Both the position numbers and the translations under genes were made by a program. The notes under the pieces were generated by a model. It was not told the origin of the DNA, ran no database searches, and worked only from the letters and a program-made list of their open reading frames with translations. From assembly GCA_043228905.1 (NCBI GenBank), contig JBHGNT010000022.1, forward strand, positions 5,456,001-5,520,000: 64,000 nucleotides of DNA, in the 5' to 3' direction. The stretch's first letter is position 1; every line of letters starts with the position of its first letter. This DNA comes from Azolla caroliniana. Lineage: Eukaryota; Plantae; Polypodiophyta. Below are positions 33,501 through 44,775 of the stretch, piece by piece.

Positions 33501-35878
33501 ACTCCTGGAACTGTCCCCGGTATTCCCCTCCGTTATCCGCTCGTATCGCTTTCAGCTTCTTGCCGGATTCTCTTTGCACTCTCGCGTGGAGTTCTTTGAA
33601 GACGCACAACACTTGGTCCTTTGTCTTCAACGGTGCCGACCACAGCTTCCGGTTGTGATCATCAATGAATGTTACGAAGTACTGGGCTCCGCCATGTGAC
33701 TTCGTTTCTACCTGACACACATCAGTGTGTACCAACTCCAATGGTGCGCAACGTCTCGTCGGTGGCCTTGAGTGGAAGGAGGTTCGAATCTGCTTACCGG
33801 CCAGGCAATCGGTGCACTTCTCTAGGTGCACATGCTTCACTGGAATAAGGTTGTCTTCTGCAAGCCTCTTCATCCCCTTCTCACTCATGTGGCACAGTCT
33901 CTTGTGCCACAGCTCACCGGCAGTGTCGGCTGCCACGTTCAACTCCTCTGGACACAACCAGGCATTCATCAGGTACAGTGTGTTGACCTTCCGGGCCCGA
34001 GCCACTATCAGGCTCCCCTTGCTGAACTTCATTACGCCGTTCCGGATGCTACCCGTGTAGCCTTCATCGTCTAGCCTCCCGGCCGAAATCAGGTTCAATC
34101 GAACCTCCGGAACGTGTCGGACATCCTTCAGCAGCATTTTGCATCCGGTCGGGGTTGTCAACCACACGTCTCCTGTGCCGGAATTCCGGCACGTACCTTC
34201 ATTTCCCATCCGAACACAGCCATGCTCACCGGCTGTGTAGGATGAGAAGTATCTTCTCTCCGGGGTCAGGTGGAACGATGCTCCGGAATCGACCACCCAG
34301 GTCGTCTCATCGCCGGCAATGTTTAGTTCACCTTCTTCGGTGATGAGCATGATCTCCTCTTCACTTGCCGCGAGTGCCGTCGTTCCTTTCCGGTCCTGCC
34401 CTCGCCGATCCGAACCATTCCGGTCCGTGGCTCCCCGGTAAGCACCGTTCCGTTCCGAAGACTTCTTCGAATCGGTGTCGTCGGTTCTGTTGTCTTTTCG
34501 GTAATGCCGACAATTCTTTCGGAAGTGCCCCGGCTTCCCACAGTGGAAGCATGTGGGCCTTCCTCTTGACTGCGACCGGGTCCCCGACTTCTCCCGTCTT
34601 TGCGGACTCCGGTTCCGTTGTCTTCCCCGATCCGATTCGGTAAACAACATCTTCGGATCGGAGGCCGGTTCTTTATCTCTCCGACGCGGTTCTTCGTTCA
34701 AAATACTTGTCTTTACCGTTTGTAGGGACAAGTTATCTTCGGTGCAGGAGGTGCTGAGAGTCACCACCAAGTTCTCCCAACTTTCCGGCAATGTACACAT
34801 CAGAATGATGGCTTGCATTGCATCCTCCAGCGGGAACTTGATCGCCGCAAGCTGGTTCACGAATCCCATGAACGTGCTTACGTGTTCCACCATACTCTCG
34901 CCGTCCCGGTACTTGAGGTTCACTATCTTCCTCATCAGGGAGGTCCGGTTCAACGCATTCTTCCTCTCGTAGAGGCCCGACAGCTTCCGCCACATCTCAT
35001 ATGCGTTGGTGTCGTTCGCCACATGTTGTAGAACGCTCACGTCGACGTATTGCCGAATGGTTGCAACGGCTTTCCGGTTTAGAAGCCTCCATTCCGACTC
35101 AAGTACCCCCTTCGGTATTTCCGACCTGTCGATCGGTTCGTACAGGTCCCGAACAATCAGAAGATCCTCCATCTTGATCTTCCAGTCGGCGTAATTCTGC
35201 GCATTCAGCACCATCATCCCCGGCTGCCCGCTGCCGCCGCCTTCCATTTTCTGCAGCAGTCGCTCTGATACCAGTTTGTAGAGGAATCGACGCTCCGATT
35301 AACCTTCACCGCTCGGCCACAACCGAGTAAGCACGAATCAATGCAGCAGAAAATAGGAACCACAGAGAAAGAACACGAATACACAGGGATTAACGTGGAA
35401 AACCCTAGACGGGAAAAACCACGGGAGTACAAGACTCCAACCAAAACTATGCACAGAGAAATATACAATGGCGAGCTGCAAGGCGACGACCTTGAGCTCG
35501 TTGTCCTCGCCACAGGCGGCGGAAATACACAGAGGCGTCGACCTCCTCCTCTCTCACGCTCTATCTCTCTCACGGCTGCTCTCTCTTCACTCCTCTTGAG
35601 TGGAAAAACAGAAAAATGAGTAGCAACATCAAAACTGTTTGCCCTAAGTCATATTTATACACATATGACTTTGGGGCTATTTACAACTATAGCCTCAAGG
35701 GCCCTTGGCAAACATATTCACAGATATGTCCCCGCATCCGGATCTCGCTCCGGGTACATTCGTCATCCGGCTCCGAAGCCGGGGTCTTTATCATCCGGTT
35801 CCGAAACCGAAACCGGGCTTGTCGGCATTCATCTCCGATATCCGACCATCCCATCCGAAAGGGACCGTAATCGCAACA
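30562..35878 (-). mobile_element. Ty1/copia family A copy 2, full length, very young
   Basis: 602-bp LTRs at 30562-31163 and 35277-35878 with ~2 substitutions; TSD tccag (30557-30561 / 35879-35883); iMet PBS; PPT. Confidence 0.98.
31174..35247 (-). pseudogene. Copia gag-pol with one premature stop (CAG>TAG at 32413-32415, in RT)
   Basis: The 944-aa and 412-aa ORFs are in one frame and collinear with the intact copy at 6869-10942. Confidence 0.95.
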
Positions 35879-38800
35879 TCCAGCTCCTAGTTTCGGATAG
35901 CATCTGGACACCAATTTGGTTCTTCGTTCTGGATACTGATCCGGCTCTGACTTTTTCAACCGATCCGGATCCGGTTGAGCTTGTCCGCTCAACAATCTTT
36001 CTATCTCTACACTGTCTTACTCAATCTTTGCACCCCGAATATACAGACGAGAAACCGGTTGTGCCTGGTTACAATACTAACAAAGTGGTATTAGTGTTCA
36101 AGTTAATCGGCTCCAATGACTCAGTGTGGAAGTTGAAGATGCAGGATATGCTCGTGTGCAAAGTCCTGTGGCTGTCAGTGCAATATGGCAAGACGAACCT
36201 AGACAAGAGCGATGCATCCACTTCGGAAGTCATCCATCTGAAGGCGGCGACATACGTGAGGTGTTTTATAGACATGAGACTATATAACAACTTGAATGAG
36301 GAGAAAAATGCCGAAGTTCTTTAGAAGAAGATTAGGTTCATGTTCGAAATCAAGAACAATGTAAATAGAGTCTCAGTCTTCAGAAAGATAGTGAGACTGA
36401 GGTATCAGGATGGCTCTACCATGGCGGAGCACCTGAATGGCTTCCAAGGACTCATAAATCAAACCACCTCTCTAGAAGTACCTCTTGCCGGGGATCCCTT
36501 CCGGACTATTGGGAGACACTCATTGTCACATTGGGCAACGCCGGTCCAGAAGGGAAGCATCTATTACTAGAGCAGGTGAAGTTAAGGTTACTAAATGAGG
36601 AAGCTCACCAAAAGGATAGGGACTCCATTGCCGACACAAAGGCCTTCGTCACGAAAAGTGACATGAATCGAGGAAGAGGCCGAAATAGAAGTCCCCAGAA
36701 TCGAGATAACTCGGGGAAAGGGTTGAAATCGAAGGGGAGGCCCACATGTTCTATTGCGGGAAGCCGGGGCACTTCCAGGAAAATTGCTAACACTTTCGAA
36801 AAGAGAAAGGAGGAGTCGACGATGTTCAACGAAAAACCGTGAAGTTTTGTAAGGGAAGCCTGATTTTGGCTCAAGCCCAAAAAACCAACACACTGTATTT
36901 GATGCATGCTCGATTATGCCGGGAGGAAGTAAATGTGGCAACCGACAGAACTGGTGAGTTGTGGCACAAGAGGCTATGCCACATGAGCCAGATGGGGATG
37001 TGAAGACTTGTCGATGATAGCCTCATTCTGGAGGTGAAGAAGGTGCAACTTGAGAAGTGCACACATTGCTTGGCGGACAAGCAGAATCAAACCTCCTTCC
37101 GAACAAGGCACCAGATGAGGAAAAGGAATCCATTGGAACTCATGCATATGGACGTATGCTATGTGAACACAGAGTCTCATGTAGGTTCATAGTACTTCGT
37201 GACCTTCATAGATGACTGTAGTTGGAAGTTGTGGGCTTCTGTCTTGAAAACAAAGGACCAAGTTGTCCGCTCAGACTGCCTTCAATTTTCAGCCGGTTTC
37301 TCTCTTGGATCTAGCTTGGAACTCCTTGAAAACAGATGAATACTGAGGGCAGTTTGAGGAGTATTGCCAATCAAAGGGAACCCAACTCGAATACACTATG
37401 CTGAAGATGCCAGACCTAATTGGGCTGGCCGAGAGGATGAATTGGACCATTATGGAAAGGGTCTGAAGTATGCTAGCACATGCAAAGTTGTCCAAGAAGC
37501 TATGTGCTGAGGCACTGATGACAATGGTGTATGGACAAATAGATCACCCTCAGCACCCTTGGACGAAGATGTTCCACAGAGAGTGTGCACCAGCAAAGAC
37601 ATATCGTACTGACATCTGAAGGTGTTCGGCTATCTTGCTTATGTGCATGTAGCTAAGGACCAAAGGGGGAATTTGGATACGAAAACTTGGCCATGCATAT
37701 TTCTCGGCTACGGTGATGACGAATTCGGCTATCGGCTATGGGACTTAACCGAGAAGAGAGTGATCCGGAGCCGAGAGATTGTCTTTATGGAGAAAAAGAC
37801 AATAGTCGACTGGGAGAAAGAAAAAACGAATGCATCTTCCCGACCAGTCGGAAGCCGAACATCGACTTAGGAACAAGGGGAATCGTAACCGAATTCAGAC
37901 CGAGAGTCGATTCGGTCGTAGGCCAGTCGAGAGTCGAAAACAAACCAGTCGGTCGAGGAAATAATTGGCGAAATTGAGAGCCGATTGAAGAACAAGGAGA
38001 ACCGTCTGAACAAGGAATCAAATTCGACTTGACTGAAGAAGTTGAAGAAGAACCGACTATGTTGAATGGAGGCAGAACATATCCCTTGAGAGAGAGGAAG
38101 GCCCCCCTGTAGATTTCCGAAGAAAGAATATGTGCTGCTAACCAATGAGAGGGAGCTGGAAAGCTTCGAGGAAGCAAAGAGAGACACCCACAACCGTGAG
38201 TGGTTGAGTGCCATGCAAGAAGAGATGGATTCCTTGCATGAGAACCACACATACGAATTGACCGAGCTACCAAAAGAAAAGAAGACACTTCAGAACAAGT
38301 GGGTATATAAATTGAAGCTAGGAGAGAGCAGAAATCCACCTTGATATAAAGCCTGAATCGTGGTGAAAGGATTTCAACAAAAGAAGGGTGTCAATTTCGA
38401 TGAAATATTTGCCCCGGTCGTGAAGATGACATCAATTTGAACAGTGTTGAGCATAATAGCCAGCATGAACCTCGAAGTCGAGCAACTAGACGTCAAGACT
38501 ACCTTCCTACATGCAGATTTGGAGGAAGAGATTTATATGTCATAGCCGAAAGGATTCGTGGAGAAAGGTAAAGAAAACCTAGTATGCCGATTGAGAAAGA
38601 GCCTGTATGGGCTGAAGCAGGCACCTCGAAAATGGTACTGAAATTTTGAATCCTTCATGGTGGATCATGGTTTCGACAAGACACAAGTTGAACATTGTGT
38701 CTTTGTAATGAAATATGATGGAGGAGATTTTCTCATCCTCCTGTTGTATTTTGATGACATGCTGATTGTTGGACAGGACCCAAAGAAAATTGGAAGTTCA

Positions 38801-39311
38801 AAGAAGGCCGTGAGCAAGTCATTCTCGATGAAGGACATGGGATTGGCATAGCAAATCCTGGGAATGCACATTTTCCTAGATAGGATAAAGAGATTGTTGT
38901 GGCTGTCATAGGAGAAATACGTGACAAAGGTGTTCCAGAGATTCAACATGCAGAACGTGAAATTGAAGAAAAAAAAGTAGTTATCTTTTTATTTCTTCAA
39001 CAAAAGATTATCTATTCATTGAACCAGATTGGTTGCTCCGAGTCACTCACCCATATCAAAATCTTTCAGGGGATTATTCTCACAATTTAACTACCTTTCT
39101 GACTCCTCTGAAGTCTTCATCTGGGAACCCCCGGCTATCGGTCGTCTCGACACTGCCAACAAACTGCATGCTAAGTAAAAGTCAATGTCCGTAGAGAAAA
39201 GTAGGGAAAGCTGAGATGATGAAGGTCCCCTCTGCCTCAACAGTCAGAAGCCTAATTTACGTGATGGTATGTACTAGGCCAGACATTCGATACGCAGTAG
39301 GAGTTGTCATC

Positions 39312-41480
39312 TGAGGAAAAGAGTTATGTGCGAAAGCTTGTAGACACAACTGGCCTTGCCGGATAGCAACATAAAATAGAACTAAGGTTTAATCGAAATC
39401 TTGAATCACACATAGAGAGTACACGTGAGAGACAAAGAGAGTAGAACAATAAACTCTATTTGAATAATAAACTCGATACTCTGTACATCGAATGTGCTCA
39501 GAGAGCACTTTTATACGAGTCCTTAACAGGACTGACACAAGTACCATCAGTACTTGAATGCTCATAAAGGAGCTCCTACACTAACTCCCAAATATATCCC
39601 TTCAAGGGATATCTTTCCAATGGCCTTCTGGCTCTTGCCGATCCTGGCCTAACTGATTGGTCTAACCCGATCTGGTCCTCAGCTTCTTCAGTCGATCTGT
39701 CCCAAGTTGAGCTTGCTCGCTCAACACTCCCCCTCAAGCTCAACTTGAGGTTCTCCTGGAGTCAGCATCCAACTCTTCCTAGCATCTCCATGCCTTGCTT
39801 GCGCCCCTCGTCTAGTATGGTTATGCGTTCCTTGATCCTTTTGGTCCTTCACTTTTTGAACCCTCCAGTTCTGTGTATCTTGACCCTCTCAATCGGTTTG
39901 TCTACTGGTAAGGCCCATCTCAGCTCCTTCGTTGCTTCTCGACCCGTCAATTCCTTTGTGTTGGTTTTGACTTCCATTGTCTTCTCGTCCGTTTGGCCTT
40001 CAGTTGATTCGGCTCCACCGAATTGAACACCTCTTCCAAATCGGTTGCCTCCGATTCGTTCCAACTCTTGTCCGAGTTGGTTGTATCCAACTTGTCCTCG
40101 ATCTTGAGGCCCTATACCACATCAAACCATGTCCAGGTCTTGGACTTCTTCTTCTAGTGGGCTCTGTCCTTCTTGACTCTTCCACCGCCGTCGCTCGTTC
40201 TGAATTTTTCGAATGTGCCGGCTTCTTCAGTCAACTTGGCTCCCTTTTTCTTCTTGCCTCCCCCTATTTCGGTCTTTTACTCCTCGTCTCCGGTGCCTGC
40301 ACCTCTTTTCTCATTTTCTATTTGAGTTCTCCCCCTCAAGCGCAGAATGTCAACAGGTTGCAACCCAAGCATCTCTGATGTTGTAACTTGTCTGATCCGA
40401 GTGGCTTGGTGAAGACGTTGGCAACCTGTAGACCCGTGTGAACATACAAGAGTTAGAATTCACCGCCCAGGACCCGCTTGCACACAAAGTGATAATGCAC
40501 TTCGATGTGCTTTATGCAAGCATGCAACATAGGGTTCTTGGCCAGTTGCATGCTACTTATGTTGTCGTAGTAAATCGGGATCAGAGTCGGTACTTTGATA
40601 TCTAAAGATCTTGTAGTAGCCGCCGAAGCCATATGGCTTCACAGGTGGCGATGGTAGGTCCACGATACTCGGCCTCAATGCTCCATAGAGCCACTATTGG
40701 ACTACTCCACACAACAGACGTACTACCTAGAGAAAACATAAAACCAGATGTTGATCGACGATTCGACGGGTCACTAGCCCAGTCGGCATCCGTATAATCG
40801 ACTACCTTTTCGGTTATACCATTTTGGTACAACAATCCCTGATCCTTAGTGCCACTCACATATCTTAAGAGGTCTCTACATAAGCTGACTGATCACTCCA
40901 ACCACAGCTAATTTCGTGTCAGGTTATTGTCAAATATATATAGCTTCCAGCAATTTGTCAGAACCGTTTCTCATTGCACATTGGTCCGGAGTCAGGACAT
41001 GACTGGAGATTCCGGTCCAGGGGTGTTGAGATTGGTCGACATTCGGTCATGCCAAACTTGTACAAATGTCGTCGGCAGTGTGGATCACTTTGATCTTGAG
41101 GAAATAATGAAGGTCCCCTAGATCCTTCATTTCTAATGCTTACGACCGTTGGGACTTCACTCGGCCGATTTCAGGGAGGTCAGGTCCGGTGACGACCAAG
41201 TCATCGACATATAGTAGAATGCATACCGGACCTTTCGAACCCTTTCAGATGAACAATGATGAGTTGGATTTGGAGGCAACAGACCCCATCTTACGCAACC
41301 GGTGCATGATCTTCGAATTCCAAGCTTGGGGGGATTGCTTCAAGCTATAGACCAACTTCTTGAGTCGGCACACTGCCGACGTGTTCATCTCCGACTGAAA
41401 TCTGGGGGGCTAGATCATAGAGACTTGTTCTTCAAGATCGCCTTCAAGAAACACATTCTTCATGTCCATTTGGTGAAGGG
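39312..41480 (-). mobile_element. Ty1/copia family B copy 2, 5'-truncated (3' LTR 39312-39726, PPT, RT/RNase H remnant)
   Basis: LTR shares aagcttgtagac and gagcttg..cgctcaaca with the B1 LTRs; ctccccctcaag PPT complement; YTDADWASDPSNRRSTSG. Confidence 0.88.
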
Positions 41481-41779
41481 TTAAAGCACGCTACGATATA
41501 CCAAAAAGTATTGTTTTTGGCAAAAAAAACATGTCTAGTTTTTATACTATTAGTACTAAAAAATAATAATTTCGACAAAAATAAAATTTAAGAGTGATGT
41601 GGGAATAGTACATAGTGCAATAATGAGAGAAAATGGGAGGAAAGTGATATGAGAGAATTTTACCATATTTGGGAGTATTTCTCCCTTCACATTAAAGTCT
41701 TTCACTTTTTCAAGTTTTCAAATTTTTCATTTTTGATGCTTTTTCTTCTCATCGTTCTTTTTCCAACCAAGCCAGAACC

Positions 41780-42720
41780 TTACTTAGATCTGAACCTTAT
41801 TTCTAAACCGTTCTCCTATCTCTGATTTGAACCTTATGCATGAATCATTGTCCTACCTTTGATTTCATGCTTCATCTTTCAATAGTTCTCATAACAACAT
41901 GGTTGAAGCTTCTTCCATGAATCATTATTCTAACTCAGATTTGAAGCTTCGTCCAACACAAATCTTCTGCACTCAGATTTGAAGCTTTGGCCAACATGAA
42001 TCCTCCTATCTTTGATTTGAAGATTCTTTCATGAACCGTATGTAGTTCATTGATTAGGAAACTTCTTCCTCATGTTCATATTTCTTCTCATATTCTCATG
42101 TAGATTTCTTTCATGTTCTTCTTTCTTCTCATATTCTCATGTCCAACACGAGTCTTCCTATCTTTGATTTAAAGTTTCTTCCATGAATAGTAAGTGGTTT
42201 ATAGATAGAGGAGATTTTTCCTTATATTTATCTTTCTTCTCATCTTCTCATGTTCATCTTTTTTCCATGTATATTTTTTGTTAATATTCATTTTTCTCAT
42301 GTAAATCGTTTTCATGTTCATCTTTCTTCTCTTATTCTCATGTAGATCTTTTCCATGTTCATCTTCCTTCTCTTATTCTCATGTTCATCTTTCTCTTGTA
42401 GGTTTTTTTCATATTCATCTTTCTTCACTTATTCTCATGTAGATCTTTTTCATGTTCATCTTCCTTCTCTTATTCTCATGTCCAATATAAGTATTCCAAT
42501 CTTCGATTTCAAGCTTCTTCCATGAATCATAAGGATTTCAAGCTTCTTCCATGAATCATAAGCGGTTCATACATCGAGGAGCTTCTTCCGCATTTCATCT
42601 TATTTTTCATATTCTCATGTAGATTATTTTCATGCTCATCATTTTTCTCGTATTCTCATGTTCATCTTTGTCATGTAGATTCTTTGCATGTTCACCATTC
42701 TTCTTATATTTCATCGTTTT
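41780..42720. repeat. Degenerate AT-rich tandem repeat array (units built from ttcatctttcttctc.tattctcatgtagat and tttgaagcttcttccatgaatc)
   Basis: Many imperfect copies visible by eye. Confidence 0.8.
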
Positions 42721-43671
42721 AATATATAAAACCATGGTTTTCTTTTATATGATTTTTTTATGTGATTCCTTGTCATATTCAAATTTTTATGTTGCATGTT
42801 TATCTTTCTTCCTTTATCTCTTGCTTTTCATATTTGAAATCATGTTATCATTGGTTATGAAATTACTAATACAAAGAGTCGTTGATTTATTATGCTTGCA
42901 GGTCCCATTGGGTAATATTAGTCTACAACTAATTGTACCCTTCATTACTTTAATTACTTTCCTTGGTATTCTTTTTTAAATAATACATATAATTGAAAAT
43001 GGTAGTCATCAATTAGATTGGCATGACTTGTTTACCAATAGACAATATATAGTATGTATAATGCTGAAAATATGATCTATTAATCAATCTTTCATTTCTT
43101 TTAAGTAGATGTAAGTTTTGCCCACAACCCTTATTCGGTATAGTGAGCTTGATGTGGTAACTATCATATTGTGAAATGGAAGCAAATTTAGGGTATGTAG
43201 TAGAAAATATAGGGAATAGACTAGTTAAGAAAAATATTGAGTAGGCATATAAGGACACATGTGTTACTATGCTTGTCTTAGAGTTTCAAAAGTAACTCTA
43301 CGAGTTCATTCCACATAAATTTAGGAGTTATGGGCAAAATTCAAAGTTTAAGAAATGTTACATAACAAATTAATAATCTACATTTCATATAATAAAAAAC
43401 ATTATACACTTTTTGTTTAACATTGGTTTGACCTTGACCATGCAAATTTACTATTTCTTGGTCTTACCTTTAATCAAAATTTAGTCTAGTTTGATGGTGT
43501 AGCCTCACAATTTATGGTGGCATGATACTTCTTTATTGCAAGGTAAATTGATTATTGTAGTTGTTAAGAGTCTACTACTAATCAAAAGACCAAAATAAAG
43601 TAAAAAGAAGGAAAATAGGTTGGATAAATGAACTCGTTCCACCCAACCACCCCTGAGCTATGATCTAGACA

Positions 43672-44416
43672 TCGATGTCGTGCCCTCTCAGCTGACTTCA
43701 ACCTTGTTTTCTAAGGTCCTTCCTTGCTTTTTCCAAAGTCAGATTCGCTTTGGTCCGACTCTTCCCTGCCGGTGTCGTATTCATGCATCTTCTTCTTCCC
43801 CTTCTCCTTGCGCGGGGACAATACGACCGAGTCTCCACTACTCGCCGGCTTACCATTCGACTGGTCAATCCGACTGAGTTGCTCATTCGGCCCACTTAGC
43901 TAGAATGAGATCAGACTCTCTTCTAGAGCTCTGATTTCTTCTCTGTTCGGAGGCATATCAGGCTCACTGGCCTCATCTTCCAAAATCGGAGGGTCGGAGT
44001 CAGTAAAGAGTACCATGAGGCCGACTATTCGAATGCTCTGTTACTTACATAGTGCTTATGTGCACTTTATATATATATGCCCATTTGTCAGGGCCATTTA
44101 GAAGTACGAACATGTACTTCAATGCTTTTAAAAGAGCATTTGACACTAATTGCCTATGTTGGACCTATTTAATAATGTAGGTCTACTCGGCACGTGTGAC
44201 ATTTTGGACGGCTTCTATAGTTGCTCCGTCATCTAGTCTGGATCTGTCATCCGGATCCGGTACCCAGCTTCTTTAGCCGATCCGGCATTCGGTCCAGAAC
44301 CCAGTCCAGAGCTCAAGCTTATCACCCTAACTGGGCCTAGCCAACCGGATCGATTCAAGTTCGGCCTACCTTCTTGTCCAGTCGGTTCATCCAATGTTGA
44401 GCTTGCTCGCTCAACA
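43672..44416 (-). mobile_element. Internally deleted family B copia remnant (linker fragment + partial LTR ending at 44416)
   Basis: Linker similar to 47323-47775; LTR terminus gttgagcttgctcgctcaaca. Confidence 0.75.
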
Positions 44417-44775
44417 CGAACTGTTGTTGATCCCTAACTAAGACTACATGCCACAATGTAGACAAGAGCACATGGTTAGCTACTATGGTCTTGCTAGATT
44501 CACCCTTGACTTGATGCGTATTTTGTCACAAATTTTAATTTTAATTTGTTTCAATTGTATTCCTTTGTCAGTATCTACACCAATCCACATTTCTAGATAT
44601 CCAATCACGGCTTCCCCTTTTGCAATCTATTTGAATTCAACATTTGGTTTCCATACTGGCTCTACCTCTGAGCTAATCCAGAAGCCCCTGGACTTATTCC
44701 AATTGATGGAGGCTCCTGATGCTTTGCAAAAGGAATCGATAGAAACATGTGCCCTCTCAATATTTGGTTCATTAC

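Larger units (their letters stand above)
25097..35994 (-). mobile_element. Ty1/copia family B copy 1, decayed; its 5' LTR is interrupted by family A copy 2
   Basis: 3' LTR 25097-25284 (internally deleted); 5' LTR 30222-30561 + 35884-35994; near-TSD gtctt/atctt; PBS at 30210-30221; gag ATG 30122; WYIDSGAS, RSDGGKEY, MKDLGDLHYFLG and YTDANWA motifs. Confidence 0.9.
25050..39311 (+). mobile_element. Older family-A-related copia, decayed; 5' LTR split (25050-25096 + 36000-36082) by copy B1; internal region 36086-39311; cut by B2
   Basis: LTR end ...ctaaca at 36082 plus PBS-like tggtattag; gag, integrase and RT peptides similar to family A (VFRKIVRLRYQDG, WLSAMQEEMDSLHENHTYEL, LLLYFDDML) with many stops. 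Confidence 0.8.

Noticed and set aside
41780-42720. CRISPR-like array
   Set aside because: The repeats are degenerate and abut one another without unique spacers; the context is eukaryotic and there are no cas genes.
42632-42979. Hydrophobic 115-aa membrane protein ORF
   Set aside because: T-rich repeat-derived sequence with no recognisable motif or splice structure.
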